Assembly: GCA_965203175.1 (NCBI GenBank)
Contig: OZ241867.1
Span: 6,176,001 to 6,240,000, forward strand
DNA: 64,000 bases
Origin: Candidatus Latescibacterota bacterium
GTDB lineage: Bacteria; Latescibacterota; UBA2968; UBA8231
Reading direction: 5' to 3'
Part shown: positions 29,070 through 45,290 of the stretch, one piece after another
How the letters are laid out: each line of letters begins with the position of its first letter
Numbering within the stretch: the stretch's first letter is position 1
The notes under the pieces: generated by a model
Database searches by the model: none
What the model saw: only the letters and a program-made list of their open reading frames with translations
What the model was told of the DNA's origin: nothing
Translations under genes and position numbers: made by a program

Positions 29070-29399
29070 ATGACTGAAAACATCCGATTTGAGCGAAGCT
29101 CGGGGAATGTGTTCAAGGACATTGGGTTCCCTGAGGCAGAAGCGGAACGCGAAATATTGAAGGCCGATCTCGCCGTTGAAATCTACCGCATTATCGCGGG
29201 ACGAAAACTGACGCAGGCAAAAGCTGGGGAACTCCTCGGCGTCGATCAGGCGGATGTGTCGCGCCTGAAAAACGGGGATTTCGACCGTTTCAGCGTGGAA
29301 CGGCTGTTCGCATTTCTCAACCGGCTCAATCGCAACGTCGAAATCCGCATTACGCCCGCGAAAAACGCAAAGGGACACCAGCGGGTCGTCGCAGTCTAG
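29070..29399 (+). CDS. XRE/HTH_37 antitoxin-like regulator (no toxin adjacent)
   Basis: SSGNVFKDIG, LTQAKAGELLGVDQADVSRL, FSVERL. Confidence 0.9.
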   Translation: MTENIRFERSSGNVFKDIGFPEAEAEREILKADLAVEIYRIIAGRKLTQAKAGELLGVDQADVSRLKNGDFDRFSVERLFAFLNRLNRNVEIRITPAKNAKGHQRVVAV

Positions 29400-29414
29400 C
29401 GCCCTCCCGCTCCC

Positions 29415-30203
29415 TCACTCCTCCACCTCGGCCCACGCTCCCTTAGCCATCAGCCCCCCATCGACGCAGACATTCTCGCCAGTCATAAACGATGCCTTGT
29501 CGCTAGCCAAGAACAACATGGCATTGGCTATGTCTTCCGGCTGCCCATAGCGTCCGATCGGATGGAGCTTGGCGTAATCCTCGAAAAATTGCTCGCGCTC
29601 GTGGCCGAATGCCTCGATCACCTCATCGACCAACGGCGTCTGAATGCCCCCTGGATTAACCGCTAAAACTCGAATCCCATACTTGGCGTAGTCGAGCGCA
29701 AGCTGCCGCGTCATAGAAATAATCCCTCCCTTACTCGCAGCATAAGCCGAAACCATCGACGCCGACTGCAAGCCCTGGACGCTGGCCGTGTTGATGATGA
29801 CTCCCTTGCCCTGCTCCATCATCTGCGGCAGACAGTGCCTAGCCATCAGAAAGAAGCTCTTCAGATTGACGTCAATGATCCGATCCCACATCTCTACCGG
29901 CAGTTCGTGAGCCAGCTTATAGCTGGGCACGGGCTGGATGCCGACGTTGTTGCACAACACGTCAACACGGCCCCAATCCTCAATGATCTGCCCCACAGTC
30001 TGAGCGCAGACCTCGTCGCTGGCCACGTCGGCCTCAAAAAATCGGATCTGGCCCTCTTCCTCGGCCAAGGCCACACCAGCCTCCGCGTCTATGTCCAACA
30101 CGGCAACCTGCGCCCCTGCGCCGGCAAACGCCCGCGAAATCCCCCCGCCAATGCCCTGAGCACCGCCGGTGACGATTACTACTTGACCCGTAAAATCAGC
30201 CAT
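29415..30203 (-). CDS. SDR family oxidoreductase
   Basis: TGGAQGIG, NNVG, YAASK. Confidence 0.95.
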   Translation of the reverse strand: MADFTGQVVIVTGGAQGIGGGISRAFAGAGAQVAVLDIDAEAGVALAEEEGQIRFFEADVASDEVCAQTVGQIIEDWGRVDVLCNNVGIQPVPSYKLAHELPVEMWDRIIDVNLKSFFLMARHCLPQMMEQGKGVIINTASVQGLQSASMVSAYAASKGGIISMTRQLALDYAKYGIRVLAVNPGGIQTPLVDEVIEAFGHEREQFFEDYAKLHPIGRYGQPEDIANAMLFLASDKASFMTGENVCVDGGLMAKGAWAEVEE

Positions 30204-30246
30204 GACAATCTCCTTTATGGTTTAATGGAATGTCTCATTCGCCAAT

Positions 30247-31305
30247 CTAATACTCAGCGAGTTTCTTCAATTTACAACAAAACGCCTGCTGCCCCAGCAC
30301 CTCGACCGGGAACACGCGCTCCATGTACAAATCCGGCCATGCGCCAAATGCTTCACCCAGCAGAGTGCGTTCGCTGGTCAAACACACGGCCACTCCACCA
30401 GCCTTTAGAACTCTCGCCACTTCGCTAGCAAAACCCTCATAGAGCGGACGCAGCGCTTGCAGCTTGCCGACCTTTTTGCCAAAGGGCAAGTTGCACACCA
30501 CCCGATCGACGCTGCCATCGTCCAAGGGCAAATCCCGCGCATCCCATTGGCGAATGTCAATCGGCTTGTAGCGCGGACCGACATTTGTGCGGGTGGCAGC
30601 CACGGCTTCCGGGCGAATGTCTCCGCCCAAAAGCTGGGCGTAGCGGCCGTGCATCCCCCGCTCAATGAGAATAGTCCCAGCCCCGCACATGGGATCGAGA
30701 AAGACATCGCCGTCCGCTGGCTCGGATAGCATCACCAAGGCCCGCGCCACCGTCGGCCGCAGCGAAGCCTCCACTTGCGCGACCTTGTACGTGCGATGGC
30801 GCATGGTCTCGTCGGAAAGGCGCACCCCACAGAGCAGCTCGCCCGCGGCCTCCAAACCCCACACCTCCAACAGCGCTTGCTCAGCCATGTGCTTCCAGCG
30901 CGGGAACCGCCACGCCACGGCCTTCTGCAAGGCGCGGCGCATCTCTTGGCGCACATAGCGCTGCTGCCCGCCGCGACGCTGGACCACGATCCGATAGGTG
31001 ATGCGCTTGATCCGCTTGGGGCGCGCGCGGCGATGCGCACCCACCGCGTCTTCAAAAAGCGGCGACTCCGCGACAAGTGTGCCAGCCTGTGCCAAACCCT
31101 CCCGTCCTGTAGCCACCGGGCCGCGCGCCACCAGCGCAAACACATCCTCAGTCGTCCCCAATCCGAGCAAGTCTTGCGGCGGGGCATCCGTCGCAAAGAA
31201 CACCACGCCGCGCTGTTGGCCCTGCCGCTCGGCTCCCAAGCGCGCTGCAATTTCTCGTTGAGCGATATCCTCTAGCCCGGGGGCGACAAACGCGTAGAAC
31301 TGCAC
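30247..31305 (-). CDS. THUMP/UPF0020 RNA methyltransferase
   Basis: MRHRTYK..ASLRPTVA, DPMCGAGTI, CNLPFG. Confidence 0.88.
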   Translation of the reverse strand: MQFYAFVAPGLEDIAQREIAARLGAERQGQQRGVVFFATDAPPQDLLGLGTTEDVFALVARGPVATGREGLAQAGTLVAESPLFEDAVGAHRRARPKRIKRITYRIVVQRRGGQQRYVRQEMRRALQKAVAWRFPRWKHMAEQALLEVWGLEAAGELLCGVRLSDETMRHRTYKVAQVEASLRPTVARALVMLSEPADGDVFLDPMCGAGTILIERGMHGRYAQLLGGDIRPEAVAATRTNVGPRYKPIDIRQWDARDLPLDDGSVDRVVCNLPFGKKVGKLQALRPLYEGFASEVARVLKAGGVAVCLTSERTLLGEAFGAWPDLYMERVFPVEVLGQQAFCCKLKKLAEY

Positions 31306-31309
31306 GGCA

Positions 31310-32071
31310 CTATTCGTAGAGATCGTTTAGATCAGCGGCAGCCAGCTCGACCAAAAACTCGGCGAGTTGCGCTGCCACTTGCTCCAAGCAGCGGCGGCCC
31401 TTCTCCGGGGTAGCTTGGCGCGGGTCACCGATGCCCGTGTCGTCGGTCGCCTGCGTCCAGTCGCGCTGGGTCCAGACCCAGCCCTCCCGCAGCGCGGCGA
31501 GCTTAAACTTGTGCTCGCGGCCACTGCCCGCCTCTGACAGAGGCAACACCCAATCCGGCCGCAAGTATTGCATGAGACTGGTCTCCATCTCGTTGGCATG
31601 ATCGCCACCCTCCGCGAAAATCCCCATATCCACGATGCGATACCAATCCATGCAGCAAATAAAAATCGCATGGCGCGTCAACAGTTCCCGCACCATCTGC
31701 TTGAAGTCATTGCCGCCGTGGCCGTTCACAATGAGCAGTTTGGGAATGCCCTGATGGGCGAGCACTTCGACCAAGTCTTGCAGGACGGCGAACTGAGTCG
31801 AGGGATTGAGATTGAGGTCCAGCTTGATGTCGAGCTGGCCGGTGTTGACGCCAAAGGGCACGGTCGGCAAGACGATGACCTTGGCGTCCTGCTCCCAAGC
31901 AATACGAGCCGCAGCCGCAACGATCTCGTCGCACTGCACCACATCGGTCGAATAAGGCAGGTGGTAATTGTGCGCTTCCGTCGCCCCCCACGGGAGAATC
32001 GCGACCTCGTACGGGGTGTGCTCTACGGTCTGCCAATTGGTCTCGGCGAGGATATAAGGTCGGCCGGGCAT
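31310..32071 (-). CDS. Creatininase family amidohydrolase
   Basis: PWGATEAHNYHLP, NGHGGN, DHANEMETS. Confidence 0.93.
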   Translation of the reverse strand: MPGRPYILAETNWQTVEHTPYEVAILPWGATEAHNYHLPYSTDVVQCDEIVAAAARIAWEQDAKVIVLPTVPFGVNTGQLDIKLDLNLNPSTQFAVLQDLVEVLAHQGIPKLLIVNGHGGNDFKQMVRELLTRHAIFICCMDWYRIVDMGIFAEGGDHANEMETSLMQYLRPDWVLPLSEAGSGREHKFKLAALREGWVWTQRDWTQATDDTGIGDPRQATPEKGRRCLEQVAAQLAEFLVELAAADLNDLYE

Positions 32072-32081
32072 GGAGGCTCCT

Positions 32082-32633
32082 TTACGATGTAAGCACCGCT
32101 CGGTGCAAGGTCCGATATTCGGCCCCCGTCGGTTTGAGAATGCTTTCGATCAACTCCACCGCCTCCACCGGAACCTGTAATCGAGGTAACTCGCCGCTCT
32201 GCTCGCTTCTCGGCGAACGCACCCTCGCCCGCACTCGACCCAGCGTCACGTGCGGGCGAAAGTCCCGTTCCTCCGGCTCCCAACCAGCAGCGCACACCGC
32301 TTCTTCAACATCCCGTTGCAACGCCCCCAACCGTCCGTCCGCGTCCGCCACACCAGCCCAAATAACCTTCGGCCGACGGCGATTTGGAAAGCAGCCGCTT
32401 TCCTCTATAGTCGCAACAAATCCCTCGTGCCGCGCGGCAACTGCCGTCAACCCTTCCCGCAGCGCAGCGATTTGCGCATCCTCAGCCGCGCCGAGAAAAC
32501 GCAGCGTCAGATGGAGATTCTCCGGTCGCACCCAACTCACCCCCTGCGCCGGCCACAACGGCCGCATCGCGTCGCTCAGCTTGCCCAATGCCGCCGGCAC
32601 CCGGACGGCGACGAAGGCGCGACTAACGGGCAC
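32082..32633 (-). CDS. thpR: RNA 2',3'-cyclic phosphodiesterase
   Basis: Two HxT motifs: NLHLTLRFLG and FRPHVTLGR. Confidence 0.93.
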   Translation of the reverse strand: MPVSRAFVAVRVPAALGKLSDAMRPLWPAQGVSWVRPENLHLTLRFLGAAEDAQIAALREGLTAVAARHEGFVATIEESGCFPNRRRPKVIWAGVADADGRLGALQRDVEEAVCAAGWEPEERDFRPHVTLGRVRARVRSPRSEQSGELPRLQVPVEAVELIESILKPTGAEYRTLHRAVLTS

Positions 32634-33423
32634 CGCAAGCCCGCAAGCAGGCGTTCAAATACCCCCGGCTCTCTGCCGCAATCGTCGCCACCTGCCCCAA
32701 GTCGTACTCCTTAGCGCCAATCACTTCCAAATTAGCCGCCACGTCTAGGCCCGATTCGTGCAGCACCTTGACGTACCCGAATAAATCGATGTTACCCCGC
32801 CCACAAGCCTGCAACTCCGGTGCTCCTGGCCCGCCCTCCGCCACGGCACAATCCCGGATATGCACGTGCTTGACTCGCGAGATAACCGCCGCCAGCGCCT
32901 CTACCGTATTCTCCCCCGCCCGATGGATGTGGCTCGGATCCATATCCACCCCAAATCCCGGTGAGTCGATCCGCTCCATCGCCCGCAACGTGGTCGGCGT
33001 ATCGTAGATGCACTGCCCCACGTGCGCCTTAGCGCACAGCGTCACGCCGTGTTCGTGCGCCCTATCGGCCATCTTGCCCAGCAGCGCGACCTGCCGGTCG
33101 AAATCTTCCTCCACATCGCTTTTGCCCCCCGGGCCGACGTTGACAACGGGAATGCCAATCTCAGCACCAGCCGCAAACGCCAGCATCAGCCGATCTTCGT
33201 CGAGCGCGGCTTCTTCCATAGCCAGCAATTTTAGCTCGTATTTTTCCGCTAGCTCTTTGATCTGGTTGGCCTGCGCCTGCCAGTTGTCCAACTCCAAGTG
33301 CTCGCACATGCCCTTGATCGCCGAAAGCTCGACGCCATCGTAGCCAGCAAGGTGGATATGGCGCATCGCCATTTCCAAATCGAATCCTGCAAAGAGCACC
33401 GAATTGGCCCCTAAATGAATCAT
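32623..33423 (-). CDS. Sugar phosphate isomerase/epimerase (TIM barrel)
   Basis: GYDGVEL, DMDPSH, HVHIRD. Confidence 0.88.
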   Translation of the reverse strand: MIHLGANSVLFAGFDLEMAMRHIHLAGYDGVELSAIKGMCEHLELDNWQAQANQIKELAEKYELKLLAMEEAALDEDRLMLAFAAGAEIGIPVVNVGPGGKSDVEEDFDRQVALLGKMADRAHEHGVTLCAKAHVGQCIYDTPTTLRAMERIDSPGFGVDMDPSHIHRAGENTVEALAAVISRVKHVHIRDCAVAEGGPGAPELQACGRGNIDLFGYVKVLHESGLDVAANLEVIGAKEYDLGQVATIAAESRGYLNACLRACGAR

Positions 33424-33594
33424 TTTAGCAGCTCCTCTTGAGTGATAAACAATTGATTTTACTGAATTACCGAGCGGTCATTATACACAGACGAAAAGGG
33501 GGCGTCAAGCGGTGGAGCGATTGGCCGGACCGCGTCCTGCCGCCTATATTACGACGTAAAGAGGCCGCACATAGAAAGTACAAGGAAGGGATTC

Positions 33595-34410
33595 ATGGCC
33601 GATGAATTGAAACCTCAAGAAGCCGGAGGCGATACCTATCTGGAGGAAGTCGAAAGGGCGCTTGATGGGGACAGAACACTACTCGGCGAGGTATGGAGAC
33701 TCGATCAAAAAGAGTTGGATGCAAACAAGATCGCGAAAGAGCTAGATGTTGAGACAACGGGATTTGTCTACAACTATCGGCGTTGCGTAAAAGCGATTGT
33801 GGATGTAGAAGGTATTGCGCCAAAGTCCCCATCAATGGCTCGAAAGTGCGTATCGGCACTCCGAGGCTTCGCAAAACGCCACCGAGAGTCCCTCTCCCCT
33901 ACAACCCGCTTGGAACTTCAGGAGAGGGCAGCTAAATACGACTTTAGTGCGGCTGATCCAGCCAAACGGGAAGAGGAAGAACAAAAACTCGAGCACCAAA
34001 CGAGTGCTGCTGAGAAAGAGGCGGTCCCAGGAATATACGTGTACGCGCTGCCACACTATCTCCGCTATCCGATCGAGATTCCCGAGAACGACCAAACGGA
34101 TGACCGGACATACTTGAAAGTGGGCATGTCCGAAAGAGACGCCGTCAAACGTTTCCGACAGCAGCGGGAAAGTACAGTACTACCCGAACCGCCCGTTTTG
34201 CTGCGGATATATGTCGACTCAAACGGCATGGACATAGCGGAAGTTGAAAGGAAAATTCATCTCCATCTCAATGCCGCTGATCACGTCAGGAACTCAGAAC
34301 GCGGTGCCGGGACAGAATGGTTCCTCACTCATCTGAAGTTCCTCGACTCGACTGCCGAACTTCTCGGCCTCAAGACTCGCTTTGCATTCGACGATTCGGA
34401 CGACGATTAG
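33595..34410 (+). CDS. GIY-YIG (T5orf172-like) nuclease domain protein with an N-terminal HTH
   Basis: GIYVY..YLKVGMS..RF..LPE..ERKIH..GTEWF. Confidence 0.8.
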   Translation: MADELKPQEAGGDTYLEEVERALDGDRTLLGEVWRLDQKELDANKIAKELDVETTGFVYNYRRCVKAIVDVEGIAPKSPSMARKCVSALRGFAKRHRESLSPTTRLELQERAAKYDFSAADPAKREEEEQKLEHQTSAAEKEAVPGIYVYALPHYLRYPIEIPENDQTDDRTYLKVGMSERDAVKRFRQQRESTVLPEPPVLLRIYVDSNGMDIAEVERKIHLHLNAADHVRNSERGAGTEWFLTHLKFLDSTAELLGLKTRFAFDDSDDD

Positions 34411-34504
34411 AACGTACTAAATCTAACGGGAGTTCGGAGGGTTTTTCTGGGCTGGCGTAGTTCCTTCCATACCTTGGCCAAACGCTGTTGGTCTAGGTAT
34501 GCCG

Positions 34505-34813
34505 CTACGCATTTACATTCTCGAGATCGCGCACCTTGCGTGTAGTGATTTTGAAATCATGTCCCAAGACACCGAGGATATTGAAAAGTACATCGAAGCT
34601 AATTTTTCCGATCTTGGTTCTATTTTCAATCTGGGCAATGCGCGGTTGGGAGACGCCGACCATCTCGGCCAATTGGCCTTGCGTCAAGCCAAATCGCTTT
34701 CTACTCTTCACGATCTTTTCGATGAGCTGTTCTTTCTGGCGTAGTTCGTTAATATTGACGCCGAGTTCCTCCGCCCATTGCTCAATGTTTACCTTTTCCC
34801 AAGGCATTTTCAA
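34505..34813 (-). CDS. HigA-like HTH antitoxin
   Basis: GLTQGQLAEMVGVSQPRIAQIEN. Confidence 0.9.
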   Translation of the reverse strand: MKMPWEKVNIEQWAEELGVNINELRQKEQLIEKIVKSRKRFGLTQGQLAEMVGVSQPRIAQIENRTKIGKISFDVLFNILGVLGHDFKITTRKVRDLENVNA

Positions 34814-35142
34814 ATCTCCTTCAGTCTTCTGAGAATTAGCCGTTTATCCTTATCGGGAATGGTTTCGGTCTTTTTTTGGAGCACATGAACCAGATAAATT
34901 GCATCCCCGCGCTTGATGAAATAGAAAACTCGATAGATACTGCGCCGTTCTTTGAAGCGCAGTTCGTGTAAACCGAGAGCAATATTGAACAGCGGCTTGC
35001 TCAACGGCATCCCCAAGCTTTCCCCCTGCCTTAACCGATCAAGTGCCAAGAATAAATCCTCCTGTAGGCTTTGAGATAATCCCTCGACAAATTTCTTGAT
35101 CGGCGAATTGCCTGAAGCAGTGGTATAGTAGAGGATTTCCAT
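34810..35142 (-). CDS. RelE/HigB (Gp49-like) toxin
   Basis: GMPLSKPL..GLHELRF..YRVFY..LVHVLQKKT. Confidence 0.92.
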   Translation of the reverse strand: MEILYYTTASGNSPIKKFVEGLSQSLQEDLFLALDRLRQGESLGMPLSKPLFNIALGLHELRFKERRSIYRVFYFIKRGDAIYLVHVLQKKTETIPDKDKRLILRRLKEI

Positions 35143-35150
35143 CCTTGAAA

Positions 35151-35168
35151 TATAATCTGTAGATTATA
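35151..35168. promoter_or_regulatory. Palindromic operator containing a TATAAT -10 box, 8 nt upstream of the toxin start
   Basis: TATAATCT-GT-AGATTATA. Confidence 0.7.
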
Positions 35169-35296
35169 ATCGATCAACGGATCCCGCTAAAGCTGGAAGG
35201 GATCTTCCCATTCTGTAATCCCCCGCTTGCCCGCTGCACATTCGTATAGTATATTTTTGGATTCCTTTTTTCCCGCTCCTCGCGCCTACACGAGTC

Positions 35297-40956
<5,660 letters not shown>

Positions 40957-40960
<4 letters not shown>

Positions 40961-41610
40961 GCGAGTTGCATCTGCCCCAACGCGCCTTTTTCGAGTTCTC
41001 CTTTCGCTGCCCTCGGCGGGAAAAGCCGCCCAAAATCGACGGCAACTTGCGCGATTGGGACGACGCAGCGCGCGTGCCCGACCTGATGGCCGTCGATGGC
41101 CACCAACCCTTTGCCTCGGTCTATATGTCCTACGACGACAGCGGCCTGTACGTTGCCTGCGAGGTCAAGAGCAAGACGACCTATAAGCTCAATCCGCTCC
41201 AACCTGCTGCCGGCGACAGCCTCGAACTCTTCATCGACACCCGCGACGTCAAGGAGCACCGCGCCAACCGCTTCTGCCACCGGTTTTACATCTTGCCCGG
41301 CGGCAGCGGCAAGGACGGCAAGCAACCCATCGCCCGCCAGACCTCCATTGAGGACGCCCGTGAACAAGCGCCGCCCTGCCCGGAAGACGCGATTGAGACG
41401 GGTCTGCGCCGGCTTAAGCGAAGCTATCAGCTTGAAATCAAACTGCCGGCCGCGGGTCTCAACGGTTTTGCGCCGAGGGAATTCAGCCGGGTGGGGTTTG
41501 CGTATCTGTTGCACGACGCGCAGCACGGCACCCAGTCTTGGTCGTCGATATCGGACATGGGCGTAGAGCGCGATCCGAGCACTTGGGGCACGGCCGAGTT
41601 GGTGGACTAG
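40957..41610 (+). CDS. CBM9/DOMON-like sugar-binding protein
   Basis: PKIDGNLRDW, YDDSGLYVA, GDSLELFID, YQLEIKLP. Confidence 0.75.
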
Positions 41611-41688
41611 GACAGTCGGCGTCCTTTTACCTATCTTATATTTCTTATATTTAAATAGATCGTCTATCCGCGCATTCATCTAAGATCA

Positions 41689-44265
41689 TTGCCAATGCCT
41701 AATTCCGCTGTAATCCACCGGGTTTTCGGAGTGGGGATTTTCGTGCTGACGCTGGGGATGTACGTGAAGACCCTCGCGCCGACCGTGTCGTTTTGGGACT
41801 GCGGCGAGTTCATCGCCACGTCCTATATCCTCGGCGTACCCCATCCTCCGGGCGCTCCTTTGTACGTGCTGTTGGGGCGCGTCTTCACCTTGTTCCCCTT
41901 CGGCGAAGTCGCCATCCGCGTCAACTTCATGTCCGCACTGACCTCCGCGCTGGCGATTTGGTGCGTCTATCTATCGACCGTCGCGCTGGGACGGCGGGCG
42001 CTGGGCGGCCAGCCCCTGCAACCACTGGGCGACGCCCGCGACATCGGCGTCCTCGCCGGTGGGGCCGTGGCCGCGCTGACGTTGGCGTTTTCCTACACTC
42101 AGTGGTACAACGCCTCCGAAGCCGAGGTGTACGGCTACTCCATTTTATTTACCTGCCTGGGGCTGTGGCTGATTTTCTACTGGGAAGGCAGCGGCGCCGG
42201 GGCGGCCAACGACCGCTGGCTGTTGGCGCTGGCGTATTTATTTGGCCTCGGCGGCGGCGTGCACCTGTTGTGCCTGTTGACGATTCCATCGCTTATGCTG
42301 CTGGCGTGGTTTGCCGACCGCCAGTTGCAACGGCTGATCGTGCTGCTGGTCGGCTGGGGCGTATTCGGCGGGCTAGCGCTGATGGCCTTGGGGCCGGGAG
42401 CGCAGTGGAATGGGGTGATGGGGCTGGGGCTGGTGGGCCTACTAGCGTACCTGTACGGCCGCGACCGACGGCTGTTCTTCCTCCTGCTAGGCGTCCTCGT
42501 GCTGTTCGCGCTGGGCTATTCCACGTATGGCGCACTGTACATCCGCTCCGGCCTGAATCCGGCCATCGACGAGAACGATCCAGAAACCTGGTCGGCGTTC
42601 CTCAAGTTCCTCAACCGCGAGCAATACGGCACCGAGAGCATGCTGACGACCATGCTGACGGCGCGGGCGACCCGCACCTATCAGTTCTGGGATCAGCAGA
42701 TGAAGTACTTCTTTCAGCAGTTTCCCTTTCCGCTTTTCGAGCGGGACGTGGTATTCCGCAAGGCTACCATAAACCTGCCGGATCGAGTATCCATTTCGCT
42801 GGTGCCGTACTTACTGGGGCTGTGGGGGCTGGTGTGGCACTGGCGGCAGGACTGGCGGCGATTCGGGGGCGTGTTGCTGCTGTTTTTGATTATGGGATTT
42901 GGGCTATCACTCTACCTAAATATGCCAGACCCGCAGCCGCGCGAGCGGCACTACGTGTTCGGCGGGATGTACCTGGCGTTCGCGCTGTGGATCGGGTTAG
43001 GCTGGCTGGGCGTGGTCGAAGCAGTGCGGCAGCAGTGGGAGAAGCATCGGGCGGTTGTGATAGCAGTAGCAGCGGCTGGCTTGCTGCTGCCGGCCGGGGT
43101 GGCAGCGCGGCTCTATCACGTGGAAGACCGCACGGGCGACTATATCGCCTATGATTACGCGCACAACATGCTGACGAGCTGCGAGGAAGGCTCCATCCTG
43201 TTCACCAACGGGGACAACGATACGTTCCCGCTGTGGTTCCTGCAGGAAGTAGAAGGGATGCGGCGCGATGTGCGGGTGGTCAACTTGAGCCTGTTGAACA
43301 CCAACTGGTACATCAAGCAACTGCGCGACCGCGAGCCGCGCATCGACATCCGCTACACCGACGACTTCATCGACTCAGTACTCACCGATACGCAGATGGT
43401 TGATTTCTACAAGCGGTACTGGCCCGAGCCCAAGGTGCCGCCGGAGCTAAAGAAACTGGGAATTGACGTAGAAGTGAGCGCTCCTCCCGAGTACCCGATC
43501 CTCCGCGTCCAAGACGTCATGGTCATCAAAATTCTGGCTTGGAACGAGTGGAAAAAACCCATTCACTTTGCCATCACCGTTCCCACCAGCAACCTGCTCA
43601 ACCTCGACCCCTATTTGACCATGGTCGGCATGAGCGTAAAAGTCTCGCCCGAACCTACAGACGGAGTAGATGACGAGGCCCTAGAGCGCAATCTCCTCGA
43701 AAAATATCGCTTCCGCGGCCTCAACGACCCATCCTTGTACAAGGATGAAAACTCCGAGCGCCTCTTGGGCAACTACTGGGCTTGTGTCATGCAATTGGCC
43801 CGCAGCTACGAGGAGCAGGGGCGCAGAGATGAAGTGCCGCAACTCATGCAGTGGGCGCGGGACAACATCTACATAGGTTGGGAAAATCACTATGCGGCGG
43901 CCGATTACTTCAGCACCCTCGGCCAGCACGACATCGCGATTGATCACATCTACGAAGCCGCGCAATTCCTCATCGAGCGCGTGGGCATTGAGCCGGCTGC
44001 CACCTACGACAATATCATCGCGCTGACCGGGGTGCTGATCCAAGAACCTTACTCGGCCTACGACCGCGCCGAGCCCCTCTATTACCAAGCCATCGCCCTC
44101 GCACCGAAACGCTGGGAGGGCTACTACGAGTTGGCCGCCGCCCGACAGGCCAAGGGCGATGTTCCTGGAGCACTGGCCATCCTCCAGCAGTACAAAGAGC
44201 AATACGGCGAGCGGCCGGAGTTGGTCGAGGCCGAGCGCATCCTCCGCCAGTCCGCCTCTCCATGA
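41689..44265 (+). CDS. DUF2723 / TMEM260-like membrane glycosyltransferase with C-terminal TPR-like helices
   Basis: WDCGEF..LGVPHPPGAPLY, EAEVY, RERHY, TNGDNDTFPLW. Confidence 0.9.
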   Translation: MPMPNSAVIHRVFGVGIFVLTLGMYVKTLAPTVSFWDCGEFIATSYILGVPHPPGAPLYVLLGRVFTLFPFGEVAIRVNFMSALTSALAIWCVYLSTVALGRRALGGQPLQPLGDARDIGVLAGGAVAALTLAFSYTQWYNASEAEVYGYSILFTCLGLWLIFYWEGSGAGAANDRWLLALAYLFGLGGGVHLLCLLTIPSLMLLAWFADRQLQRLIVLLVGWGVFGGLALMALGPGAQWNGVMGLGLVGLLAYLYGRDRRLFFLLLGVLVLFALGYSTYGALYIRSGLNPAIDENDPETWSAFLKFLNREQYGTESMLTTMLTARATRTYQFWDQQMKYFFQQFPFPLFERDVVFRKATINLPDRVSISLVPYLLGLWGLVWHWRQDWRRFGGVLLLFLIMGFGLSLYLNMPDPQPRERHYVFGGMYLAFALWIGLGWLGVVEAVRQQWEKHRAVVIAVAAAGLLLPAGVAARLYHVEDRTGDYIAYDYAHNMLTSCEEGSILFTNGDNDTFPLWFLQEVEGMRRDVRVVNLSLLNTNWYIKQLRDREPRIDIRYTDDFIDSVLTDTQMVDFYKRYWPEPKVPPELKKLGIDVEVSAPPEYPILRVQDVMVIKILAWNEWKKPIHFAITVPTSNLLNLDPYLTMVGMSVKVSPEPTDGVDDEALERNLLEKYRFRGLNDPSLYKDENSERLLGNYWACVMQLARSYEEQGRRDEVPQLMQWARDNIYIGWENHYAAADYFSTLGQHDIAIDHIYEAAQFLIERVGIEPAATYDNIIALTGVLIQEPYSAYDRAEPLYYQAIALAPKRWEGYYELAAARQAKGDVPGALAILQQYKEQYGERPELVEAERILRQSASP

Positions 44266-45290
44266 CCGAGGCCGTCACCGTCGTCATCCCGCACTACCGC
44301 GCGGACGTACTCTACGACTGCGTGGCCTCAGTCTATGCACACAGTGATTATCCCGTCTGCGTACTCGTCGTTGACGACGGCGGCAACGCGCCTAGCTTGC
44401 AGCGGGCCAAAGCCGCCTTTCCCGCGCTAGAGGTCTTGCCCAACGAGCGCAATCTCGGGTTTGCCGCAGCCTGCAACCGCGGCTTGGCGGCCGCCCACAC
44501 CCGCTACGCCGTGCTGCTCAACGACGACACCCGCGTCGAACCGAACTGGCTCGCTCCCCTCGTCGCCATGGCCGACAGCAACCCCCGGATTGCCGCTTGC
44601 CAGCCCAAGCTGCGCTCGGCCAGCGCACCCGACCGCTTCGACTACGGAGGCGGAGCCGGCGGCTATATCGACGCCTTGGGGTACGCCTTTTGCCGGGGGC
44701 GGCTCTTCGACCGCTGCGAGCGCGACGAGGGCCAATACGACGCGTCCGTCCCGCTCTTTTGGGCCTGCGGCGCAGCCCTCTTTCTCCGCGTTGCCGCAGC
44801 CCGCCAAGTCGGGTTTTTCGACCCCGAGTACTTCATGCACTTTGAGGAAATAGACTTGTGCTGGCGTCTCCAGCTCGCTGGCTACCAGATCCGCGCCGTG
44901 CCGCAATCCATGGTCTTTCACCACTCGGGCTTCTCTCAGCCTCCGGCCACCTTCCGCAAGACGTACTTCAACCACCGCAACAGCCTCATCACGCTGTGTA
45001 AAAACGCGGGACTGCGCCGCCTGCTGTGGCTGCTGCCCTTGCGCCTGTGGTTGGAAGTGCTGGCCGTGCTCTACTACCTCCGCCGAGGCCAGTGGTCCAG
45101 CACCCCAGCCCCCTGTGCCGCCTTGCTTTGGTGTCTGGCGCATCCGCGCAACATCTATCGCCGCCGCCGCCAGAGCCAAGCCATCCGCTGCGCATCAGTC
45201 GCGCACGATGGCGTCTATTCGGGCAGCATTCTCTATCAGTACTTTGCTCGCCGCGTCCAGCGCACCTCCGCGCTCGTGCCCGAGCCATGA
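44262..45290 (+). CDS. Glycosyltransferase family 2
   Basis: VVDDG, NLGFAAACN, LLNDD, FMHFEEIDLCWR. Confidence 0.93.
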   Translation: MTEAVTVVIPHYRADVLYDCVASVYAHSDYPVCVLVVDDGGNAPSLQRAKAAFPALEVLPNERNLGFAAACNRGLAAAHTRYAVLLNDDTRVEPNWLAPLVAMADSNPRIAACQPKLRSASAPDRFDYGGGAGGYIDALGYAFCRGRLFDRCERDEGQYDASVPLFWACGAALFLRVAAARQVGFFDPEYFMHFEEIDLCWRLQLAGYQIRAVPQSMVFHHSGFSQPPATFRKTYFNHRNSLITLCKNAGLRRLLWLLPLRLWLEVLAVLYYLRRGQWSSTPAPCAALLWCLAHPRNIYRRRRQSQAIRCASVAHDGVYSGSILYQYFARRVQRTSALVPEP

